64,000 nucleotides of DNA from NCBI GenBank assembly GCA_963695555.1, contig CAVOGR010000001.1, forward strand, positions 576,001 through 640,000, written 5' to 3'. The notes below the pieces were generated by a model. That model was not told where the DNA came from. It saw only the letters and a program-made list of their open reading frames with translations, and ran no database searches. Position 1 is the first letter of the stretch, and each line of letters starts with the position of its first letter. The position numbers were made by a program, and so were the translations under genes. Source of the stretch: an uncultured Gemmatimonadales bacterium (GTDB taxonomy: Bacteria; Gemmatimonadota; Gemmatimonadetes; Gemmatimonadales; GWC2-71-9). Of the stretch, positions 42,594-51,178 are shown in pieces.

Positions 42594-42911
42594 GTGACGA
42601 TCTGCTTGTGGCAGGTGCAAGTTCAGGTGCCCGAGATTCCGCCGATTTTCGTGTCGACGGGAGGGCCGCCGATCGAGGCCATTCTCCTGGCGATCCTCGC
42701 GTTCACCGTGATTCTCTGGCCGATTGCGCGCGCCATTGGACGGCGACTGGAACACAAGGGCGTCGCTGATGCAGCCCACATCGAGGAGCTCGAGGCTCGT
42801 GTGGCGGAACTGGAAGACCGCCAGCTGCGTATGGGGGAACTGGAAGAACGGATGGAGTTTGCCGAACGGCTGCTGGCTCAGCAGCGAGAACAATCGAAAC
42901 TCGGGCCGTGA
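42594..42911 (+). CDS. Small TM + coiled-coil protein, paralog of the preceding gene (start uncertain)
   Basis: TM AILLAILAFTVILWPIARAIG; ELEERMEFAERLLAQ. Confidence 0.65.
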   Translation: MTICLWQVQVQVPEIPPIFVSTGGPPIEAILLAILAFTVILWPIARAIGRRLEHKGVADAAHIEELEARVAELEDRQLRMGELEERMEFAERLLAQQREQSKLGP

Positions 42912-43040
42912 GGTGTCGTCATGAGGGTCCACGGCGGCGGCCCAGACGGGTGACTTCGCAACGATGGCGATCGCGCTTACATTATGCATTCGCCGCACCA
43001 GGCGCGGCATGACGATGCGTCAGGCGGAGGGGTTGAACGG

Positions 43041-43436
43041 ATGATAACTCGCGAAGAGGTTCAGTCCTACATCGACCGGCTCGAGGGCGGCGCCCTGTCG
43101 CCGAACGAGGTCAAGCCCGGGTTGTGGGTGGTGCAGACACCGGAAGAGACGGAGTTGGTGGTGCACTACGCGCCCCCTGTGGTGATCCTCCGGGTACGGG
43201 TCATGGAGCTTCCGGCCGAGGAGCCCCGACGAACCGAACTCTATCGGCAACTCCTCGAGTTCAATGCGAACGAGTTGGTCCATGGCTCCTACGGTCTGGA
43301 AGGGGACCACATCGTGCTCACCGATACGCTCGAGCTCGAGAACCTCGACTACGTCGAGTTCGAGTCCAGTTTTGATTCGATGACGCTGGCGCTAGCCTCG
43401 CACATGGGCGCGCTGGCAACGTTCCGCGAAAGGTAG
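43041..43436 (+). CDS. CesT/YbjN-like chaperone-fold protein
   Basis: LYRQLLEFNANELVHGSYGL, LTDTLELENLD; directly upstream of pspA. Confidence 0.7.
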   Translation: MITREEVQSYIDRLEGGALSPNEVKPGLWVVQTPEETELVVHYAPPVVILRVRVMELPAEEPRRTELYRQLLEFNANELVHGSYGLEGDHIVLTDTLELENLDYVEFESSFDSMTLALASHMGALATFRER

Positions 43437-43443
43437 CGAGCCC

Positions 43444-44211
43444 ATGGGGTTCTTTGACCGTATGTCCCAGTTGCTCCGGTCGAACATCAACGATCTCATC
43501 TCCCGGGCTGAGAATCCCGAGAAGATGCTGAATCAGATGATCGTGGACATGAAGGGCCAGCTGGCGAAGGCGAAGCAGCAGGTGGCCTCAGCGATCGCCG
43601 ACGAAAAGAAATTGCGGGCCGATGCCGAGAGCACGCGGAAGCAGGCGGAAGACTGGGAGCGCCGCGCCATGTTGGCCGTCCAAGAAGGTCGCGACGACCT
43701 GGCCAAGCAGGCCCTGATGCGGTACAACGAGCACCTGCAGGGGGCCCAGCAATTGCATGAGACCTGGCAGCGTCACAAGGTCGAAACCGAGGCGCTCAAG
43801 GTGTCCCTCCGGCAGTTGAACGACAAGATCGAAGAGGCAAAGCGCAAGAAGAACATCCTCATCGCGCGGTCGAAGCGAGCGGAGGCGCAGCAACGCATCC
43901 AGGAAACCATGTCCGGGCTGTCGGACAAGAGCGCCTTCGAATCCTTCGAGCGCATGGCCGAGAAGATCGAAGCGACCGAACGAAAGGCACTGGCGGCGGC
44001 GGAGCTGAACGCCGAGTTCGAGGACCACACGCTCGAGGACCAGTTCCGCGCCCTGGAATACCACGGCAACGAGGAGCAGCAGCTGCTCGAGTTGAAGCAG
44101 AAGATGGGGCTGTTGGCGCCGGGAGCCGACGAGGCCGCGAGACAACTCGGGGCCGGCGATGGGGACGTGGAGGACGCCGAAGTGGTCGAGGACGACGACG
44201 CCCCAGCCTGA
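43444..44211 (+). CDS. pspA: PspA/IM30 family protein
   Basis: MGFFDRMSQLLRSNIN..AENPEKML, GRDDLAKQAL, FERMAEKI; long coiled coil. Confidence 0.93.
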   Translation: MGFFDRMSQLLRSNINDLISRAENPEKMLNQMIVDMKGQLAKAKQQVASAIADEKKLRADAESTRKQAEDWERRAMLAVQEGRDDLAKQALMRYNEHLQGAQQLHETWQRHKVETEALKVSLRQLNDKIEEAKRKKNILIARSKRAEAQQRIQETMSGLSDKSAFESFERMAEKIEATERKALAAAELNAEFEDHTLEDQFRALEYHGNEEQQLLELKQKMGLLAPGADEAARQLGAGDGDVEDAEVVEDDDAPA

Positions 44212-44308
44212 GAACGACGGACCCATGGATTCGCAGCAGGCCGTCCGTTTTCGGGCGGCCTCTGCATTTTTCGGTCGTCGCCCCGTTTCCTCGAGGTAGA
44301 AGAGCACT

Positions 44309-45400
44309 ATGCCGGCACCCAAGCACCTGATCCTGGCCGACGGCGCCTTCGGCCCGATGACGTCTAAGACGGCCAACTGCATCATCCGCTATCAGCCGGA
44401 TCAGGTCGTCGGCGTGGTCGACCGGGAGACCGCTGGTCGCACGGCGGCGGCGGTGCTGGGATTCGGCGGGGCCATTCCGGTGGTGGCGAGCATGACCGAG
44501 GGGCTCGCGCTCGGGCCGGACACGATCCTGATCGGGATTGCCCCCGTCGGGGGCCGTCTGCCGGCGGAATGGCGTCGCTGGTTGCTCGAGGCGATCGATG
44601 CGGGCTGCGATATCTGGAGCGGGCTCCACACCTTCCTAGCCGACGATCCGGCCCTGGCCGAACGAGCCCGGAGCGCCGGGACCGCGATTCACGATGTGCG
44701 CCGCCCGCCGCCCGACTTGGAGGTTGCATCCGGGCGCGCGCGTGATCTCGAGCCCTTTGTCATCCAGACCGTTGGGACCGATTGCAACGTCGGCAAGATG
44801 ACCAGTCAGTTGCAGCTGACCCGCGTTCTCAACAAGCGGGGCGTCCGCACCCGGTTCGTGCCGACCGGGCAAACGGGGATCTTCCTTGAAGGGTGGGGCA
44901 TCGCGGTCGATGCCGTAGTGGCCGACTTCATTGCGGGGGCGGCGGAGCGGATTACCCTCGAGGGCAGCGTGGATGCGGACATCGTCATGGTGGAAGGGCA
45001 GGGGAGCATCAACCATCCGGGGTACTCCGGGGTGACGCTGGGGCTGCTTCACGGCTCGTGCCCGGACGCGCTCATTCTCTGCCACGAGGCCGGTCGCCGC
45101 TTCATTGGCGAGTTCCGGAAGGATCTCAGGTTCCCGATCCCGCCCCTGGCCGACTACATCCGCTGGTATGAATCGCTCGCGACGCCGGTCGCTCCCACGC
45201 GAGTGATCGCGATTGCGATGAACACCCAGGGTCTGGATGAAGAGGCCGCTCGGCGCGCCTGTGAGCAGGCCGAGGCGGGAACCGGCCTCCCGGCGACCGA
45301 TCCCATTCGCTTCCCGAGCGAGCCTCTCATCGAGGCAATCCTCGCCGCGCGCGAACGGTACCTCGAATCGCGGCGCACAGAATCGGTTGGCACCAGATAA
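44309..45400 (+). CDS. DUF1611 family P-loop protein (DgcN-like)
   Basis: KTA, IGIAPVGGRLP, SGLH, VGTDCNVGKMT, TGQTG, VEGQGS, GLLHG. Confidence 0.85.
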   Translation: MPAPKHLILADGAFGPMTSKTANCIIRYQPDQVVGVVDRETAGRTAAAVLGFGGAIPVVASMTEGLALGPDTILIGIAPVGGRLPAEWRRWLLEAIDAGCDIWSGLHTFLADDPALAERARSAGTAIHDVRRPPPDLEVASGRARDLEPFVIQTVGTDCNVGKMTSQLQLTRVLNKRGVRTRFVPTGQTGIFLEGWGIAVDAVVADFIAGAAERITLEGSVDADIVMVEGQGSINHPGYSGVTLGLLHGSCPDALILCHEAGRRFIGEFRKDLRFPIPPLADYIRWYESLATPVAPTRVIAIAMNTQGLDEEAARRACEQAEAGTGLPATDPIRFPSEPLIEAILAARERYLESRRTESVGTR

Positions 45401-45403
45401 CAG

Positions 45404-45427
45404 CGCGCCCGGCCGGGGCCGGGCGCG
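45404..45427. terminator. GC hairpin between convergent genes
   Basis: CGCGCCCGGC-cggg-GCCGGGCGCG right after the DUF1611 stop. Confidence 0.5.
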
Positions 45428-45458
45428 TCATGTCAGGGGCTGGCGCGTTGGGCGCAAA

Positions 45459-46091
45459 TTACGGGCTCGGCGCCTTTGTTTTCTTCGGGCTTTTCTCCAC
45501 GGGATAGCCCCGTTCGAGCCAGTCGACCATTCCGCCGAAGACGAGGGCCGCGTCCATCTTGGCGCGTTGCATGACCGATGCCACATAGGCGCTCCTCACC
45601 TGGTCTCCACATACCAAGGCGAGCGGTTTGTCACTCTCGATCGCTTCCATCGCGGCCCACGGCTCGGTCCATTCCAGGCAGGTCGAGCCCGGGATGTGCC
45701 CGAACCGGAATTCGAAGCTTTCCCGCGTGTCCACGACGTGGTAGCGGTCGAGCGCATTCTTCAGCTCATCCACCGTCAAGAGAGGCAGGACCTCGGTGGG
45801 AAGCCCGTCGGCCTTCCACTGCTTGAGGCCGCCCTCGAGATAGCCCTCGACCGCAAAGCCGGCCTTGCTCAGGATTCCCATCGCGACCTTGGCGATCGGG
45901 TCGGGTTCGGCATGAATGAGGTACGTCAGGTCGTGTGGAAGGGACATCTCCGCGCGTTCGGCCAGATCGGCCCGATTGAACTGGAAGTTGACCGCGCCGG
46001 GCACGTGCTCCTTCGCGAACGGCTTGGGTGGTCGCATATCCAGGACGACGGCACCATTGGCGACCGCGTCTTGGACCTCGCCGGGCTTCAT
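45459..46091 (-). CDS. Tandem rhodanese-domain sulfurtransferase
   Basis: LDMR..HVPGA..LEGGLKQW; VDTR..GHIPGS..LVCGDQVRS..GGMVDW (active-site Cys only in domain 2). Confidence 0.88.
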   Translation of the reverse strand: MKPGEVQDAVANGAVVLDMRPPKPFAKEHVPGAVNFQFNRADLAERAEMSLPHDLTYLIHAEPDPIAKVAMGILSKAGFAVEGYLEGGLKQWKADGLPTEVLPLLTVDELKNALDRYHVVDTRESFEFRFGHIPGSTCLEWTEPWAAMEAIESDKPLALVCGDQVRSAYVASVMQRAKMDAALVFGGMVDWLERGYPVEKSPKKTKAPSP

Positions 46092-46888
46092 ACCGCTGCC
46101 TCCGTGATCTGGTCTTTGGAGATGAGGCCGAGGTTGTAGGACTTGATGCGCGCGTAATCGTCGGGGAACGGCTTGGCGGTCTCTTTGACAAACGCGGCGA
46201 ATTCGGCCGGCGTCTCTTTCCGCATGGCTAGGTTGAACCGCTTTTCGAAGGCAATGGTCGAGGCCGCTTTACCGCTCATGTTGACGCCACCGCAGGTAGA
46301 ACCGCCGTAATGGCAGGGGTAGACCTCAACGTGGTCGGGCAGGGCAAACAACTTGTCCTTCACGCTCCGATACAGCGTCTCCGCCCGGGTTGCTTCGTCC
46401 ATGACGTCCAGTGCCTGATCGCCCAGCAGGAGATCAGGCCGGCCGACGTCGCCCACGAACAAGGCATCACCGGTCAGGACGCACCAGGGTTCGTTCGAAC
46501 GGGCGGTGTCCGTGATCACAAACGACGTGTGCTCGGGGGTATGACCGGGCGTGTGGATCGTCGTGATCCGGACACCGCCGATCTCGAAGACCTGACCGTC
46601 CGTAAACGATGTGAAGCCGTACTTCACCAAATCGGCCGCCGACTCGTGCAGGTAATGCGGCACGTCGTTCATCTCGGCAAGCTCGCGGGCGCAGGAGATG
46701 TAGTCGGCGTGGATGTGGGTCTCGAAGACGCCGGTGATGGTGAGCCCGAGGTCGGCGGCTTCGAGCACGTACGACTCCGCGCCCATGTCGTCGATCGGAT
46801 CGATGATGACGGCCTCCTTGGCCCGCGGGCACCCGATCAGATACGATGCCTGCGCCAGGGGCTCGAACCGGAACTGCTTCATGATCAT
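46088..46888 (-). CDS. MBL-fold persulfide dioxygenase-like protein (Blh/CstB-type)
   Basis: LAQASYLIGC, ETHIHADY, TPGHTPEH, TGDALFVGDVGRPDL, YPCHYGGSTCG. Confidence 0.85.
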   Translation of the reverse strand: MIMKQFRFEPLAQASYLIGCPRAKEAVIIDPIDDMGAESYVLEAADLGLTITGVFETHIHADYISCARELAEMNDVPHYLHESAADLVKYGFTSFTDGQVFEIGGVRITTIHTPGHTPEHTSFVITDTARSNEPWCVLTGDALFVGDVGRPDLLLGDQALDVMDEATRAETLYRSVKDKLFALPDHVEVYPCHYGGSTCGGVNMSGKAASTIAFEKRFNLAMRKETPAEFAAFVKETAKPFPDDYARIKSYNLGLISKDQITEAAV

Positions 46889-46890
46889 GG

Positions 46891-47139
46891 TCAGTCCTCC
46901 TCTTCCACCTTACGCACGAAGAAGACAAACACGCCATCCTCCTCGTGCCATTCCAAGAGCTCGTTTCCGGTGTCCTCGGCCCAGGCCGGGAAGTCGGCGA
47001 TCGACCCGCGATCGGTGGCGAGAATCTTGAGGATCTGGCCGTCCGTGAGCGAGCGGATCTGCTTGCCGGCTTTGACCACCGGCATCGGGCACAAGAGGTT
47101 TCGCGCGTCGAGTACGACGTCTTCCTTGATATCAGCCAT
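46891..47139 (-). CDS. tusA: TusA family sulfur carrier
   Basis: LDARNLLCPMPV, ATDRGS..DFPAWA. Confidence 0.92.
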   Translation of the reverse strand: MADIKEDVVLDARNLLCPMPVVKAGKQIRSLTDGQILKILATDRGSIADFPAWAEDTGNELLEWHEEDGVFVFFVRKVEEED

Positions 47140-47166
47140 GACAGCCGCTCCTCCGAAGGGTCTGGT

Positions 47167-47727
47167 TCAAATGAACAGCGTCAGGTGCGACTTGCGCGCT
47201 TGCGACAAGAATGCAGCCGCGCCGCCGAATTCGACACCTTCGATAAAGTCGTCCTGGGAGTACCCGAATACATCCATGGTCATCTGACACGCGATGAGCT
47301 TCACGTCGGATTCGCGGGCCACGTCCAGGAGTTCTTGAATTGACGCCACGTGTTTCTTGGCGAACTTCGACTTCATCATGCTTGTCGCCATCGCGGTCAT
47401 GCCGGGGAGCGAGCTCACGATGTCCGGCATGGGGACCGGCATCGGCATGCCCGGATTGCCGACCGGCGAGACCTTGAGCTTCCGCTCAAAGTCCTTGTGA
47501 ATCACGTTCAGGCCGTAGAAGGTAAAGAAGATCGACACGTCCATGCCCGTCGCGGCCGCGGCCGTGGCCAGGATGAGCGGGGGATAGGCCCAGTCGAGCG
47601 TTCCCTTCGAGGAAATGAGACAGGCCTGCTTCTTGGCGGGGTCCTTCTTGAAGGCTCGCTGGATCTCTTCCCGGATGAGCTCGCGGATCGATTCTTCGGT
47701 CAACTTGTTGTCGTGCGTTTCCAGCAT
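47167..47727 (-). CDS. DsrE/DrsE-2 family sulfur relay protein
   Basis: KGTLDWAYPPLILA, IFFTFYGL, LIACQMTMD, GAAAFL, LFI. Confidence 0.88.
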   Translation of the reverse strand: MLETHDNKLTEESIRELIREEIQRAFKKDPAKKQACLISSKGTLDWAYPPLILATAAAATGMDVSIFFTFYGLNVIHKDFERKLKVSPVGNPGMPMPVPMPDIVSSLPGMTAMATSMMKSKFAKKHVASIQELLDVARESDVKLIACQMTMDVFGYSQDDFIEGVEFGGAAAFLSQARKSHLTLFI

Positions 47728-47918
47728 GGTCCCACCTGGTGAGAGTGGAGGAGTGGAGGATCAGGGCGGGGCAGCTGTGTGGCATGCCCAAATGGTCGTG
47801 GCGGATGCCGCGAAGGATAACAAGAGTATGTCACCATCAAGATATATTTCCCCGCCTCTCCTCAGAAGGAGCGCCTGAACTGCAGGCTGCCACGTCCGCT
47901 CAACCAGCCCGATTCAGC

Positions 47919-49409
47919 ATGGCCGACGTTATCGCCGGCGTGAGCGTTGCCATGGTGCTGATTCCCCAGTCCTTGGCCTTCGCCGAGCTGGCCGGGCTCC
48001 CGGCGTACTACGGGCTTTACGCCGCCATGCTCCCGCCGCTCGCGGCAGCGCTCTTCGCATCCTCTCCTTATCTGCAGACCGGCCCCACGGCCATGACCAG
48101 CCTGTTGACCCTGGGAGCGCTGGCGGTGCTCACCCAGCCATACGGTGCGGAGTACGTGAAGCTCGCCGCCTTGCTCGCGCTGGTGGTAGGGGTAGTCCGC
48201 ACCATCTTCGGACTCTTCCGAATCGGCTGGGTCGCCTATCTGATGTCGCGCCCAGTCCTCACCGGCTTTACCAATGCGGCGGCGATCCTGATCGTCGCCT
48301 CCCAGCTGCCCACCGCGCTCGGCGTCCAGGCCGAGGGAACCGGGATCCTGGGCAAGGCCTGGTGGGCCTTGTATCAGGTGCATCTGTGGGAACCGGCCGC
48401 ACTCCTCTTCAGCCTCGTGACGGTTGGCGTGGTCCTCGTCGGGCGCAGGCTCCATCCCCTCTTTCCCGGTGTCCTGGTCGCCGCCGCGATCGGGGTTGGC
48501 GTGAGCCTTCTGGCGGGCTATGCCGGACCAGTGGTGGGGTTGGTACCGTCGGGCTTGCCCCCGTTCTCGCTGGATCTTCCGTGGTCGTCGCTGCCGTCCC
48601 TGATTCTGCCCGGGGTCGTGATCGCCTTGGTAGGCTTCGCCGAGCCCGCAGCCATCGCGCGCATCTATGCGGCGCAGGACCGGCAGCGGTGGAGTCCGAA
48701 CCGGGAGTTCTTGAGTCAGGGTGTCGCGAACCTCGCATCGGGCTTCTCGGCCGCATTTCCGGTGGGCGGCTCGTTCTCGCGGAGTTCGGTCAACCGCATG
48801 GCGGGGGGAAAGACACGCTGGAGCGGTGCGGTGACGGGCCTGGTCGTGCTCGCGTTCCTGCCGGTAGCCGGCATGTTGGCGCCGCTTCCTCGCGCTGTGC
48901 TCGGCGGGATCATCATCGCCGCGGTGCTCAACCTGATCACGTTGCGCCAACTCGCCAAGCTGACGCGCTATTCGTTTCCCCAAGCCCTGGTCGCCTGGGT
49001 CACCTTCGCCGCTACGCTCATCCTCGCCCCGCGAATCGAACGGGCGGTGCTTCTGGGCGTTGGACTCGCGATCCTGATCCACCTCTGGAGAGAACTCTCG
49101 GTCCATATCGGGACGCATTACGAGGATGAGACACTCCGCCTGACGCCTCATGGGGTGCTGTTCTTCGCCTCGGCTCCGGGCCTCGAGGAGGCGCTGATCA
49201 CCCAGCTCGCAGCACATCCCGCGGCCACGCGGCTGGTCGTCGATCTCGCCCAGGTCGGCCGGATCGATTACTCGGGTGCGATTGCGCTGAAGAACGTCAT
49301 CGAGGAGGCGGAGCAAGCGGGCTTGGCCATTGAGATGGCCGGCATCCCACCCCAGGCTCGGCGCATCCTCACCAACGTCTTCGGCGCCGACTCACCTCTG
49401 TTCATCTGA
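47919..49409 (+). CDS. SulP family anion transporter with STAS domain (start may be further upstream)
   Basis: DVIAGVSVAMVLIPQSLAFA, GLYAA, GSFSRS; STAS LFFASA..IDYSG. Confidence 0.92.
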   Translation: MADVIAGVSVAMVLIPQSLAFAELAGLPAYYGLYAAMLPPLAAALFASSPYLQTGPTAMTSLLTLGALAVLTQPYGAEYVKLAALLALVVGVVRTIFGLFRIGWVAYLMSRPVLTGFTNAAAILIVASQLPTALGVQAEGTGILGKAWWALYQVHLWEPAALLFSLVTVGVVLVGRRLHPLFPGVLVAAAIGVGVSLLAGYAGPVVGLVPSGLPPFSLDLPWSSLPSLILPGVVIALVGFAEPAAIARIYAAQDRQRWSPNREFLSQGVANLASGFSAAFPVGGSFSRSSVNRMAGGKTRWSGAVTGLVVLAFLPVAGMLAPLPRAVLGGIIIAAVLNLITLRQLAKLTRYSFPQALVAWVTFAATLILAPRIERAVLLGVGLAILIHLWRELSVHIGTHYEDETLRLTPHGVLFFASAPGLEEALITQLAAHPAATRLVVDLAQVGRIDYSGAIALKNVIEEAEQAGLAIEMAGIPPQARRILTNVFGADSPLFI

Positions 49410-49629
49410 TCGGGTTTGGGTCTCGTCCTCTGATCCGGCTGGTCGCTGTGTCATGCTGCACGGATCCCGAGTCCTCAGCTGATCGGCGAGGTCGAACTCG
49501 GTCGAGCAACAGGTGTACCCACGGTTCACTCTTCTTGTGCCAGGCGCGGGCCGCGTTCATGTTTGGGCATCCCAAGCGGAATTGCCCTCGAACCAATCCC
49601 GGACAGCCGGGTCTCTCGGGAGCTTTGTG

Positions 49630-51168
49630 ATGCCGGAAGCAGCTGTTGCGGCACAGCGAGGTAATCCGACTCAGTGGGGCAAAGTCATCGATCACACCCG
49701 CTGCATCGGTTGTCACGCATGCAGCACCGCTTGCAAGTCTGAAAACGAAGTTCCCCTCTCCGTCAACCGAACCTACGTCAAGTACGTCGACGTCGGCACG
49801 TTTCCCGAGGCGCGTCGCGCCTTCCAGGTGACGCGGTGCAACCAGTGCGACGATCCTCCGTGTGTCACGGCCTGCCCCACGCGGGCGATGCATCAGCGCT
49901 CGGATGGGATCGTGGACTTCGACAAGTCGATCTGTATCGGCTGCAAGGCCTGCATCGCCGCCTGTCCCTACGACGCCATCTTCATCAATCCTGAGGATCA
50001 TTCCGCCGAAAAGTGCAATTTCTGCGCGCATCGCCTGGACGTGGGGCTCGAACCGGCCTGCGTGGTGGTGTGTCCGACGGAGGCGATCTTGATCGGCGAC
50101 CTGAACAGTCCGGGGTCGCGCGTGGCCGAGTTGGCGATGCGCGGGCCTGTGGCAGTACGGCGGCCCGAGAAAGCGACCCGCCCCAAGCTGTTCTACAATG
50201 GCGCGCACCAAGCGACGCTCGATCCCATCGCGGCCCGCCGGCCCGCCGGCGGGCTCTTCATGTGGAGCGAGCAGGCCGCCGGTTCCCACTCGGTGGTCTC
50301 CGGCCACCCCGCCGAGCCGAACAACTCGGCGGCCGCGCTCCTCGCCTACGATATTCCGCACACGATGCCGTGGGATTGGCGCGTCAGCCTGTACACGTGG
50401 ACCAAGGGCATCGCGGCGGGCGCCTATCTGGTGCCGTTCCTGCTCGTGGCGTTCAACATCATCCCCGCGTCGAGTGCACTGTGGCAGTGGGTGGCCCCTA
50501 TTATGGGAGGCGGCTTCCTCGCACTCACGGGGCTGCTCCTGATCTGGGACCTCGAGCACCCCGAGCGGTTCTACTATCTCTTCACTCACGCCCAGCCGAA
50601 GAGCTGGCTGGTGCGCGGCGGGATCGTCATCTCTGGCTACGCAGCCGTTCTCGCGGCCCACTTCGTTGGCAGCGTGATCTCGTTGCCACAGCTCCAATGG
50701 TTCCTGATGCTGGCCGGCGTGCCGCTCGCCCTCCTCACCGCGGTGTACACGGCTTACCTCTTTGCTCAGGCAAAGGCCAGGGATCTCTGGCAGAGCCCGC
50801 TTCTCGTGCCGCACCTGGCGGTCCAAGCCGTGCTGGCCGGTTCGGCCGCCGTGCTGCTGCTCGCACCGAGCCAGGCGCCTCGCGCCTTCATTCCGTTGCT
50901 CGCCGTGCTCGCCATCAGTAGCCTGATTCACCTCCTGTTTGTGCTGGGGGAAGGCACCATGACCCATCCCACGGCCCACGCCAAGCTGGCCGCGTGGGAG
51001 ATGATCCGCGGCCGCTACGCCCGGCTCTTCTGGGTTGGGGTGGCGCTCGTGGCCGGCGGGGTCCTGGCGCCGTGGATCGGGATGGCGGCCGCACCGCTGG
51101 CCCTGGCCGGACTGCTGGCCCACGAGCACGCCTACGTGCAGGCCGGGCAATCCGTCCCGCTCGCGTGA
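49630..51168 (+). CDS. Fusion of a 4x[4Fe-4S] subunit (NrfC/PsrB-like) and an NrfD/PsrC membrane anchor
   Basis: CIGCHACSTAC, CNQCDDPPC, CIGCKACIAAC, CNFC..CVVVC; then WDWRVSLY, DLEHPERF, SWLVRG, YTAYLF, and TM helices. Confidence 0.88.
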   Translation: MPEAAVAAQRGNPTQWGKVIDHTRCIGCHACSTACKSENEVPLSVNRTYVKYVDVGTFPEARRAFQVTRCNQCDDPPCVTACPTRAMHQRSDGIVDFDKSICIGCKACIAACPYDAIFINPEDHSAEKCNFCAHRLDVGLEPACVVVCPTEAILIGDLNSPGSRVAELAMRGPVAVRRPEKATRPKLFYNGAHQATLDPIAARRPAGGLFMWSEQAAGSHSVVSGHPAEPNNSAAALLAYDIPHTMPWDWRVSLYTWTKGIAAGAYLVPFLLVAFNIIPASSALWQWVAPIMGGGFLALTGLLLIWDLEHPERFYYLFTHAQPKSWLVRGGIVISGYAAVLAAHFVGSVISLPQLQWFLMLAGVPLALLTAVYTAYLFAQAKARDLWQSPLLVPHLAVQAVLAGSAAVLLLAPSQAPRAFIPLLAVLAISSLIHLLFVLGEGTMTHPTAHAKLAAWEMIRGRYARLFWVGVALVAGGVLAPWIGMAAAPLALAGLLAHEHAYVQAGQSVPLA

Positions 51169-51178
51169 GGATGTGACG

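Noticed and set aside
49702..49716. CIGCH as a heme c site (likewise CPSCH in UvrA)
   Set aside because: Part of a CxxCxxCxxxC ferredoxin motif (and a UvrA Zn finger); excluded from heme counts
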